Source: an uncultured Acidobacteriota bacterium
Lineage (GTDB): Bacteria > Acidobacteriota > Thermoanaerobaculia > UBA5066
Direction: 5' to 3'
Assembly: GCA_963801475.1 (NCBI GenBank)
Contig: CAWDEX010000003.1
Coordinates: 80,904 to 144,903 of the forward strand
Length of the DNA stretch: 64,000 nt
The notes below the pieces were generated by a model, which saw only the letters and a program-made list of their open reading frames with translations, did no database searches and was not told the origin of the DNA. The position numbers and the translations under genes were made by a program. Shown here piece by piece: positions 55,436 through 63,559 of this stretch (the first letter of the stretch is position 1; the number at the start of each line of letters is the position of its first letter).

Positions 55436-56943
55436 ATGCCACCTGGAAGAGAGGAACCGCGTAGACACGCGACAGGCGCGGCGGGCGTCGTGCTCGCTGC
55501 GGCGCTACTCCTTACTCTCCGGGCGCACACATACGACGAGCCGCTCGAGCGTGACATCACGACGTATGCGGTCGTGGGACATGAGCTACTCGCCGGTCGA
55601 GCGCTGTACGCGGACCTCTGGGACCACAAGCCGCCGCTCATCCACGCTCTCTTCGCCGGCGCGGAGGCGCTTGCGGGATACGGGCCCCGAGCGGTGTTCC
55701 TGTTGAACGCACTGGGTGGCCTCGCCGCGCTGGCGGGCATCGCGTCCGCGGTCCACCGCGCGACGGGAATGTGGTGGTTGTCTGCGTGGGCGGCCACGGC
55801 ATGGGCGCTGGCCGGCGGCGACCTCGGGCTGCAGGCGAACCAGCCGAACACGGAGCTGTTCATGAGCGCGCTCGTGGCGTGGACCTGGGCCGTCGCCGTC
55901 CGACCGGGGCCGGCTTCTGCCGCAGTAGTCGGCGCGATGGGACTGGCCGCCAGCCTGCTCAAACCGGTCTTCCTGATTCCAATAGCTCCGCTCTTCATCG
56001 GGTCTATGGCCGGGCTGCCGCGTGCCACCCGCACGCGCCGGGCGGTGCTTTCGGCGGCGATCGTGCCGCTCGGGTGGATCTTCCTGTCGCTTTGGTTCGT
56101 GGCACGAGGCAGCTTCCCCGCCTTCTACGATGCCGTCTTCTCGTTCAATCGCGCCTACGCGGGCTCGCAGGCGCAGAATTTCTTCGAGGCGATGGAGCCG
56201 CCGCGTCTCGTGCCCGGACAGGTGCGGTTCCTGCTGCCGCTCGGCGTCGCCGCGCTTGCCGGGGCGATCCTCGGATGGCGTGCCCGGCGCAGGTCTTGGG
56301 CCCTCTTCGCCGCTGTCTGCGTTGCAATCGAGTTTGCAATTCTACGCCCGGAAAGTTCTATCCTCACTACTACCAGCTCTGGCTCGTGCCGGCTGTCCTC
56401 GGCGCGGCGTTCGCCCTCAACGAGGTTGCCGTCCAGTTCCGAGTAGTGGCGACCCCGGTCGCCGGTCTCGCGCTTCTTGCGTGGCTTGGCTGGTGCGAAC
56501 TCCCGTCGTACGCGCTTCCCGCCGAAGAATGGAGCCGGCGTAAGTACGGGGAGTTGTTCGTGGACGAACGTGCCCAAGGAGAGCGGCTTGGGAAGATGCT
56601 CGTGCCCGGCGAATCGCTTCTCGTCTGGGGTTCGGCTCCCGGCCTCTATTTCTATTCGGGGCGGGCCCCCGCGACCGGCTTCCTGTACATCTCGCCACTG
56701 CAGAAGTACTCCGGCCAGGAGGCGAACGTCGCCCGTTTCTGCCGGGAGGCGGAGAAGGCGACGGCCGAGGCCGTGGTGATCGACGGACGCCCGCGAACGG
56801 ACCCTCCCGCGGCGTGCCTGCGTGCGGTGCTCGAGGCGCGCTACGTTCGAGCGCCGGATCTGGCTGGCGGCGCAGTGATGAGGGAACTCTGGCTCAAGAA
56901 GGACGGAGCATTCGCGAAGCGGCTCGGGCGTGCAGAGCGATAG
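55436..56943 (+). pseudogene. GT-C-fold membrane glycosyltransferase (ArnT/PMT-like), frameshifted near 56320-56360
   Basis: The N-terminal polytopic part (55436-56446) and the C-terminal part 'FYPHYYQLWLVPAVL...LLVWGSAPGLYFYSGRAPATGFLY...' (to 56943) are in frames differing by 1 nt. The switch maps to an atypically AT-rich stretch 'gcgttgcaatcgagtttgcaattctacgcccggaaagttctatcc'. Confidence 0.45.
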
Positions 56944-57235
56944 CGCGCAGCGCGCCCGGATTCTCCTTGACCGGCCAGGATGAAAAGTACTGCACCCCGC
57001 TACGGGCCGCACCTCGAGAGGTGTCGACGCGGCCAGGATGGGCGTGAGAAAAGAGGGTTCCCGGGTGACGAAGGTGCACCGGGGAGCGGGCGCTCTTCTC
57101 CATCGGAAGGCGGGAGATCACGACGGTGTTCGACGGTCCGGGCGACGTCCAACGCGGCGGCACTTCTTCTGCTACGAACCGCTCCGGAGAATAGGGGCCG
57201 CTCTTCGGAATGGCCGTAAGGCCTCCGGGATCAGG

Positions 57236-57311
57236 TGGTAGCGCATACGGGACTCGAACCCGTGTTTCCGCCGTGAGAGGGCGGCGTCCTGGACCGCTAG
57301 ACGAATGCGCC
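57236..57311 (-). tRNA. tRNA-Glu (anticodon CTC)
   Basis: The reverse complement GGCGCATTCGTCTAGCGGTCCAGGACGCCGCCCTCTCACGGCGGAAACACGGGTTCGAGTCCCGTATGCGCTACCA folds as a cloverleaf. It has a 7-bp acceptor stem, anticodon stem CCGCC/GGCGG with loop CTCTCAC, a T-loop GGTTCGAGTCC and an encoded CCA. It closely resembles bacterial tRNA-Glu. Confidence 0.8.
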
Positions 57312-57351
57312 GTGTCCCGGGCGGCGGGGCTCGTCCCCGCGCGGACCGCGG

Positions 57352-57380
57352 AATCTAGCATGCGGCCGGCGCGCGGACAA
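57352..57380 (-). promoter_or_regulatory. possible sigma70-like promoter for tRNA-Glu (TTGTCC-N17-TAGATT on the minus strand)
   Basis: The reverse complement reads TTGTCCgcgcgccggccgcatgcTAGATT, about 40 nt upstream of the tRNA 5' end. Confidence 0.3.
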
Positions 57381-57421
57381 CCGGGGACGGTGCCGCGGAG
57401 GCGATGGCCCGGTCGGAAACC

Positions 57422-58666
57422 TCAGGACTCGACGAGAGCGGCCGGCTCGCTTCGGGGGACCGTCCGCACCCAGCCGCCGAACTGCTTCAGCTCCTCCATC
57501 CGGCACGACCAGACCAGTTCGCCATTCCACATCGTCATGTCCGGACAGCCGTCGCACATGTTCTGCGCGCCGTTCGGGAGGAAGTCGACGGGCTGGATGA
57601 TCATGATCGACTGGAGGTGCATCTTTCGGAAGAGCCGGAGGGGGTTCGTGAGGAGCGACCCGAGCCAGCGCTTCGCGATGGCCCGGACGGCCGGGTCGAA
57701 GGGGGAGAGGAGGAGCATCGTCCGGCCCCTGGAGGTCAGGCTCGGCGACGCGTAGGCCAGGTAGCGCCCGGTGCCGACGTGGTGGCCGGCCTGCATGAGC
57801 TCCATGTACTTCGGCCCGACGTACCCGTAGTCCCGTTCGGTCGTCCCGATGCGGGCGGAGAGGAGCCACTTGTAGCTGTCGGCCTTCTCCGTCCCGTTGA
57901 GATAGGCGCAGGGAGTGAAGTCCGGAAAGCGCTTGCGGATCTCCGCGACGACCTCGGGGGACTTCATGTCCACCCGCCGCTCGCCTTGTTCGCTGTAGAC
58001 GAGGGCGTTCATGTCGACCTTCGTCGCGCCCGCGTACCAGTCGAAGGGGATCTGGGGAACGGCGGCGCGGTAGAGGATGAAGACCATCGTGTGGACGATG
58101 TCGATGTGCTTCCCGGCCCAGGCGACCATCTCGGGGACCTGCTCGAGGGTGTCTTCGTAGACCGTCGAGTTGAAGGAGCAGCAGATGTTCCCCGCCTCCT
58201 TCAGCATCGTGGCGTACTCGAGGCGCAGCTCGTTCAGCTCGATCTCGCTCTTTCCCTTCCAGCCCGGGCGTCCCTGCTTGCTGTCGACGTGGAGGGTGAA
58301 GCCGTAGACGCCGGCCTTCTTCAGCTCGCGGAGCATCTCCTTCGTGAGCCGGCCCCCGTTCGTGTTGACGATCGGCTTCATCCCCGTCTCGCGGACCGCC
58401 CGGACGATCTCCACGATCTCGGGGTGCATCAGGGGGTCGCCGCCGGCGATGGAGATGCCGTCGGAGTTGCGCAGGCGCTTGAACGCGGCGATCTCCTCTC
58501 GGACCTGATCGAGCGGCTTGTGGCTGCTTGCGACGTTCTCCCGGTAGCACCCGTCGCAGGAGAGGTTGCAGGCCGACGTCGGCTCGAGCCAGGAGATCGC
58601 GTTGTCCGGCAGCGTCCAGGGGAGCCGGTAGAGCGCGCGGGGGTCGATCGTGGCGGCCGTGGTCAT
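57422..58666 (-). CDS. radical SAM protein (HpnH-like fold; CxxxCxxC plus C-terminal Cys-rich region)
   Basis: 'LEPTSACNLSCDGCY' CxxxCxxC and 'SIAGGDPLMHPEIVEIVRAV' resemble the adenosylhopane-synthase HpnH / DUF3463-type family. The C-terminus is 'NMCDGCPDMTMWNGELVWSC'. 414 aa. Confidence 0.65.
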   Translation of the reverse strand: MTTAATIDPRALYRLPWTLPDNAISWLEPTSACNLSCDGCYRENVASSHKPLDQVREEIAAFKRLRNSDGISIAGGDPLMHPEIVEIVRAVRETGMKPIVNTNGGRLTKEMLRELKKAGVYGFTLHVDSKQGRPGWKGKSEIELNELRLEYATMLKEAGNICCSFNSTVYEDTLEQVPEMVAWAGKHIDIVHTMVFILYRAAVPQIPFDWYAGATKVDMNALVYSEQGERRVDMKSPEVVAEIRKRFPDFTPCAYLNGTEKADSYKWLLSARIGTTERDYGYVGPKYMELMQAGHHVGTGRYLAYASPSLTSRGRTMLLLSPFDPAVRAIAKRWLGSLLTNPLRLFRKMHLQSIMIIQPVDFLPNGAQNMCDGCPDMTMWNGELVWSCRMEELKQFGGWVRTVPRSEPAALVES

Positions 58667-58742
58667 CGGGCTCCTCGAGACGGAAGTCGTTCCGAGCGCT
58701 CGAGATGGTACCGCACGCGGCGACGGCCGAGGGAACGCGCGA

Positions 58743-60062
58743 TCAGTCCGCCTGCCGCGCCCAGCGGAAGATCTCGGGCAGGGTCGGCTTCTTGCCGTAC
58801 ATCAGGATCCCGACCCGGTAGATGCGCCCCGCGAACCACGCCACGCCCCAGATCGAGACGAGGAGGATCGCGATCGAGAGGGCGATCTGCCAGAGGGGCG
58901 GCATCTGGACCGTGATCCGCATGAACATGATGAGCGGGGAGGTGAAGGGGACCATGGAGAGGACGAGCGCAAGCGTTCCGTCCGGGCTGTTGAAGGCGAA
59001 GAACCATGTCGTTGCCGCGAGAATCAGGAAACTCATCGGGATCATGATGAACTGCTGCGCCTCGGCTTCCGTGTTGAAGGGCGCCGCGAAGGCGGCATAG
59101 AGCGACGCGTAGAGGAAGTAGCCGAGGACGAAGAAGACCACGAAGGCGACGAGCGTGCTGACGGGGAGGCGGGGGGCGTCCACGACCCCCATGAGGGCGA
59201 CGACGGCCGGTGCGGAGAGAAGAACGGCCATCGTCGTCCAGATCGCGTACTGCAGGAGCCCGGCGCAGCCGATGCCGAGGATCTTTCCGAGCATCAGCGT
59301 CGTCGGCCGGACGGAGGAGACGATCACCTCCACGATTCGGTTGTTCTTTTCCTCGAGGACGCCGCGCATGACGGCGGCGCCCCACGCGAAGAGCGAGCCG
59401 TAGATCAGGAAGAACAGGATGACGGAAACGGCGAGGTTGTAGCCGACGTTCTTCCCGGTCTCGCCCGTCTCGACGTCCTTCGCCTCGCGGACGTCCAGTT
59501 CCGTCCGGACGCGCGCCGCCTCGTAGAGCGCGGGGTCGACTCCCTTGTCCTTCAGCCGTTCCTTGGTCAGCGCGCGCGAGAGCCATGCCGAGAGCTGCTC
59601 CCTGAGGACGATGTCCGACTTGACGGACTTGGCGCGGTACTCGGCGGCGCCGGTTTCGAGGGTCCTGGCGTCGAGAATCAGGTACGACTTAAGCGTTTCC
59701 AACCGGACGTCGGCGTTCAGCTTCTTCCGGACCTCGGGAAGGGTCTCCGCCGTCGCCTCGGTGCGGACGAACTCGAGGGCGGCCGTCCGAGCCGGACGCG
59801 AGTCCTTCTTTCGCTCTTCGTCGTCGCGCGTCCGCTGCTCGGAGGCGAGCGAGTCGTAGAGGCGCCCCGTCAGATCGACGACGGCGATTCGCCCCTTCGC
59901 CTCGAGCGAGCGGTTCAGGAGGATCTGCACGCCGACGAAGACGAGGCCGATGGCCGGGATGAGGAACGTCGCGATCCAGAACCCTTTCGTCCGGACGTGC
60001 TGGAGGAACTCGCGGCGGATGATGATGGCGAGCTTCGCGTTCACGGCATCACCGCAGCTCAT
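58743..60062 (-). CDS. ABC-2 family transporter permease
   Basis: About 430 aa. It has an N-terminal TM segment, a large extracytoplasmic loop and a C-terminal 5-TM bundle, the typical topology of ABC-2 exporter permeases. It overlaps the ATPase gene by 14 nt. Confidence 0.6.
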   Translation of the reverse strand: MSCGDAVNAKLAIIIRREFLQHVRTKGFWIATFLIPAIGLVFVGVQILLNRSLEAKGRIAVVDLTGRLYDSLASEQRTRDDEERKKDSRPARTAALEFVRTEATAETLPEVRKKLNADVRLETLKSYLILDARTLETGAAEYRAKSVKSDIVLREQLSAWLSRALTKERLKDKGVDPALYEAARVRTELDVREAKDVETGETGKNVGYNLAVSVILFFLIYGSLFAWGAAVMRGVLEEKNNRIVEVIVSSVRPTTLMLGKILGIGCAGLLQYAIWTTMAVLLSAPAVVALMGVVDAPRLPVSTLVAFVVFFVLGYFLYASLYAAFAAPFNTEAEAQQFIMIPMSFLILAATTWFFAFNSPDGTLALVLSMVPFTSPLIMFMRITVQMPPLWQIALSIAILLVSIWGVAWFAGRIYRVGILMYGKKPTLPEIFRWARQAD

Positions 60063-60831
60063 CGGCGGTCGGAGCCTGGCGGCCCGACTCCTGGACGGCT
60101 TTGATGAAGATCTTCTCCAGCTCCGGCTCCGGCTCGACGGGGGGCGGGAGCGGCACGCGGTCCCGGAAAGAGTTCTTGATCTCCCGGAGCGGGCCGTCGA
60201 GGAGCTTCACGGAGCGGTAGAGGAGGCAGATCCGCTCGCAGAGCCGCTCGGCCTGTTCGAGAACGTGGGTCGAGAAGACGACGGTCTTTCCCTGCCGCTT
60301 GAACTCCGCGAAGAAGTCCTTCACGAGGAGGACGTTGATCGGGTCGAGGCCGGAGAACGGCTCGTCCATGATCAGGATCTCGGGGTCGTGGACGATCGTC
60401 CCCAGGAACTGGACCTTCTGCTGCATCCCCTTCGACAGCTCCTCGGTCTTCTTCTGGAGCCAGGGGCGGAGGTCCATCGAGTCGATCCACGGCGAAAGCC
60501 GCTTCATCGCCGTGTCGCGGTCGACCCCCTTTATCGCCGCGAAGAACAGGAGCTGGTCGACGACCTTCATCTTCCGGTAGAGGCCCCGCTCCTCCGGGAG
60601 GTAGCCGATCCGTCCCTGGAGGGCTTCTCCCATCGGCTCCCCGAGGACGGAGATCGTTCCCTCGTCGGGCTTCGTGATGTTCATGATCATCCGGAGCGTC
60701 GTCGTCTTACCGGCGCCGTTGGGGCCGAGGAGGCCGAAGGTGACGCCCCGGGGGACCGCGAGGTCGAGGCCGTCCACGGCCGTGAACTTCCCGAACCGCT
60801 TGACGACGCCTTTCAGCTCGATGGCGTTCAT
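60049..60831 (-). CDS. ABC transporter ATP-binding protein
   Basis: Walker A 'GLLGPNGAGKTTTLRMI', signature 'LSKGMQQKV' and Walker B 'ILIMDEPFSGLD'. There is an RBS before the ATG. Confidence 0.85.
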   Translation of the reverse strand: MNAIELKGVVKRFGKFTAVDGLDLAVPRGVTFGLLGPNGAGKTTTLRMIMNITKPDEGTISVLGEPMGEALQGRIGYLPEERGLYRKMKVVDQLLFFAAIKGVDRDTAMKRLSPWIDSMDLRPWLQKKTEELSKGMQQKVQFLGTIVHDPEILIMDEPFSGLDPINVLLVKDFFAEFKRQGKTVVFSTHVLEQAERLCERICLLYRSVKLLDGPLREIKNSFRDRVPLPPPVEPEPELEKIFIKAVQESGRQAPTADELR

Positions 60832-60915
60832 GGCCGGCCTGCTCCTTCCGGGGACCCCTTCTATACGGGAACGGTGAAGAGAAGTTGAAGGAGGAGGTCC
60901 CGGATGCCGGCCGAC

Positions 60916-60944
60916 TTGAAAGCCGGGGCCGTCTCGGCTACGCT
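60916..60944 (+). promoter_or_regulatory. possible sigma70-like promoter for tRNA-Arg (TTGAAA-N17-TACGCT)
   Basis: TTGAAAgccggggccgtctcggcTACGCT, about 25 nt upstream of the tRNA 5' end. Confidence 0.35.
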
Positions 60945-60968
60945 CCGCCCTCCTGCGCGATCGCGCGT

Positions 60969-61046
60969 GCGCCCATAGCTCAACTGGATTAGAGCGTTTG
61001 ACTACGGATCAAAAGGTTGCGGGTTCGACTCCTGCTGGGCGCACCA
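60969..61046 (+). tRNA. tRNA-Arg (anticodon ACG)
   Basis: GCGCCCATAGCTCAACTGGATTAGAGCGTTTGACTACGGATCAAAAGGTTGCGGGTTCGACTCCTGCTGGGCGCACCA. It has acceptor stem GCGCCCA/TGGGCGC, anticodon stem TTTGA/TCAAA with loop CTACGGA, a T-loop GGTTCGACTCC and an encoded CCA. Confidence 0.85.
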
Positions 61047-61254
61047 TCCTAATTCCCGGCCACAGAAGAAGATAGGAAGCGTCACGCTCGGCCTTCCGTT
61101 GCTCCGGAGGCCCGATTGTCCGTGAGATGTCCGTGTCCGGCGATCCCGGTGACGCTCCGTGCCGAGGAAATGGTCGCGAGGCGTACCTCGGTGCCGCTCA
61201 GAGAGCGGTGCCCGGTCCTCTCAGATTCTAAACATTTTTCAGTTTCTGCCGCTG

Positions 61255-61614
61255 TCAATTCTCGGCCGAGAAGGTCAGTGAGCCGACGAGACACGTCCCG
61301 GCTTCCCGGATGACGAGGACGTAGATTCCATCCCGCCGGTCGTCGAGCACGACGGCTTCCTCCGGCGGGCGGAACGTGGTCAGGGCCACGAAGATCCAGT
61401 CGAGCAGCCGCTTCGCGTCCGGCTCGTCCCCGAGCCTCTCCTCGAGCTCCTCCCGGAAGGCGTAGAGCGGCTCTTCCCGGCCCTCCATGAGGAGTAGAAC
61501 GCCGTGGCCGAACTCGCGGTACGCCTCGCCAGCGCGTCGCAGGAGCTCTCTCCGGTCCGGGTGTGGCATCTGCTGGCCCTGACCTGTTAGTGACGGTCGC
61601 GACAGGGACCTCAC
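61255..61614 (-). CDS. hypothetical protein (~105-119 aa)
   Basis: It is an open frame with coding-like composition and no recognisable motifs. The start is ambiguous (GTG 61614 or ATG about 61569). Confidence 0.3.
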   Translation of the reverse strand: MRSLSRPSLTGQGQQMPHPDRRELLRRAGEAYREFGHGVLLLMEGREEPLYAFREELEERLGDEPDAKRLLDWIFVALTTFRPPEEAVVLDDRRDGIYVLVIREAGTCLVGSLTFSAEN

Positions 61615-61785
61615 TTCGCGTCGGAGCGGGCAGGCCCTTGTCGCTCGCCGTCACAAGACGCCCGGCAGCCTTAGACTTTGATCCGGTCGGCGGCAGCCGA
61701 GAGGCAGGTCCTCACGGTCGAACGGTGACGCTTTCCGCGAAGTCCCGGCGGTCTTTCTCGGCGCGAGAGGGATTGGGAGGGTCAG

Positions 61786-62286
61786 ATGAAGATCGGAGGA
61801 CCAGGGTCGGAAACCGACGGGCCGCACTCCCACGAGCATCTCTGCCCGCTGTGCGAGAAGCGGTTCCCATGCTCCTGCACGGTCGCGGCCTCGGATCGTT
61901 TCATGATCGACGAGGCCTGCGCCGCGGCCCGGATCTTCAGCGGCCTGAGTCGAACGGTGAGGGGAGACGTCGCCATCCTCGCGCAGTCGCTCGGTAGTTA
62001 CGGCGGCCCCACCGCGATGGAGGTCCTCGCCGAGGCCTGGCAGCGCGAAAGGCGGACCTACGCGCGAGAGAAAGCTCCGGGGCGGATCGGCCCGCCGGCA
62101 TCCGAACTACGGCGGCTGCGGAAGAAGGAGCGGGAGGCGGTGGCGCGCGCCTACCTCCAGGCGCGGCGCTCCGGGATGGAGGAAGTTGCCGCCGCGCGGA
62201 AAGCCGCGCGCCTCTCCCCGGATGCGTTCGATACGGTCAAGGATCTCAAGACATACGCACACCGGTTGAGAAATCCGAAACCATAG
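61786..62286 (+). CDS. hypothetical Cys-rich protein
   Basis: There is a good RBS GGGAGGG 5 nt before the ATG. The N-terminal 'HSHEHLCPLCEKRFPCSC' cluster suggests a small metal-binding ribbon. It has no known family. Confidence 0.35.
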   Translation: MKIGGPGSETDGPHSHEHLCPLCEKRFPCSCTVAASDRFMIDEACAAARIFSGLSRTVRGDVAILAQSLGSYGGPTAMEVLAEAWQRERRTYAREKAPGRIGPPASELRRLRKKEREAVARAYLQARRSGMEEVAAARKAARLSPDAFDTVKDLKTYAHRLRNPKP

Positions 62287-62426
62287 CTGCCGAGACGAGT
62301 CCTGTCCGAGCCAAAGAAGGACACGGAACGCGCCGGCCCCTTCAGCGCTCGGCTGCCGGAGTCCGCCCCGGTGAAGCAGGCGCGGCGGAGAGGGACTCCG
62401 CCGCGCCTCGGACGGAGCTCAGAAGC

Positions 62427-62640
62427 TCAAGGCCACTGAAGGCCGAGCGCCTTGGCCAGGAAAACGGCCATCTGGGCGCGGGTGACGGGGGATTCGGGCT
62501 CGTACGTCGTGGGCGTGACGCCGCCGGTGATCCCCGAGGCCTTCAGCGCTTCGATGTACTGGAAGGCCCAGTAGTTCGTCGGGACGTCAGTGAAGCTCGC
62601 CACGCCGGGCGCCGGAGAGACCTGGAGCTTGTACCGGACC
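62427..62640. repeat. ~210-bp segment duplicated (about 85-90% identity by eye) at 63560-63775: the SLH-domain-encoding 3' ends of tandem paralogs
   Basis: Direct comparison of 62427-62640 with 63560-63775 shows long identical runs, for example 'ggccatctgggcgcgggt', 'gccttcagcgc', 'tcgatgtactggaaggcccagtag' and 'tcgtcgggacgtc'. Confidence 0.6.
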
Positions 62641-63278
62641 CGGACCCCGCGCCACTTGAGGTCGGAAACCGGCGTCGCTCCGGTCGCGATCCACGCCCAG
62701 TAGCTGTTCACATTGTTGTTGACGGTGTGAGGAGTCGTCAGGTTGAGCGAAACCGATCCGAAACCGGCAGAGCCGCTGCTAACCAACGTGGTTCCGATCT
62801 GCGAGAACCCTCCCGTGGAGTCGACCTCCCAGAGGATAGCGGAGAGGTCCTGCGTGGCATTTGCATCGTAGTAGTAGAAGTCGTATCCCGTGATTGCCGC
62901 GCCCTGCGGGAGGTTGATGGGCGCCCAGGCGTAGGAGGATCCCGTTCCGGAGAAATATGCGGAGCCGCTGAAGTCATCAACGACGTAGACGTCCGGAGCG
63001 GCGCCGTGAAACGCCGGGGGCCCGACGTAATACGAAGTCTCCGTCGTAATTCCCCATGTGGGCTCCTGGGGCGCGGGCGTGGACCTGGCCTCCTCTACAG
63101 CAGCTGGCGGGGTCAGATCCCACATCGATCGGGGCGCCGTCCCCCGGTCCTCGCGCATTGCGGCGCCGACCCGCCCGGCGGGGGCGGACGGCGACTGCGC
63201 CAGGGCTGGGAGCGCCCCACCGAGGATGAGCGTTAACGCCATTGCATGTCTCACGAGACGATCGCAGGGTGCAGTCAT
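62427..63278 (-). CDS. secreted SLH (S-layer homology) domain protein
   Basis: It has a signal peptide 'MALTLILGGALPALAQSP' and a C-terminal 'FTDVPTNYWAFQYIEALKASGITGGVTPTTYEPESPVTRAQMAVFLAKALGL' matching the SLH consensus (FxDV...W...I..L...GI..G...F.P....TRAE.A). Confidence 0.6.
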   Translation of the reverse strand: MTAPCDRLVRHAMALTLILGGALPALAQSPSAPAGRVGAAMREDRGTAPRSMWDLTPPAAVEEARSTPAPQEPTWGITTETSYYVGPPAFHGAAPDVYVVDDFSGSAYFSGTGSSYAWAPINLPQGAAITGYDFYYYDANATQDLSAILWEVDSTGGFSQIGTTLVSSGSAGFGSVSLNLTTPHTVNNNVNSYWAWIATGATPVSDLKWRGVRVRYKLQVSPAPGVASFTDVPTNYWAFQYIEALKASGITGGVTPTTYEPESPVTRAQMAVFLAKALGLQWP

Positions 63279-63559
63279 GATCCCTTCCTCCTTCGGCGAT
63301 TCTTCTGAAGGTCCCCGGGGCTGCCGTAAGCGCCGGGGCCGGTGGGCTGAACGTGTTGCGAGAAGGCCGCGCGTGCCCGCGGGGCCGAATTATCTCTTAC
63401 TGAGACTCTATATCAAACGTTCGGTATCTTGCGGGAGCTTCCCACCCCTGTCCTGGGCGGCCGGGTATCTGTCGGCTTCCGGAAAAGCCGGGCCGGAATG
63501 GAAAACGCCCGCCGGGGTCTCCGGCGGGCGCGGGGGGGACTGACGGCGAAGACGAGGAA

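Noticed and set aside
57038-57241. A 67-aa plus-strand ORF between the GT-C pseudogene and tRNA-Glu, and a possible extra small RNA in 57000-57235.
   Set aside because: It has no RBS, a basic low-complexity translation and no tRNA-like fold. It is treated as non-coding spacer.
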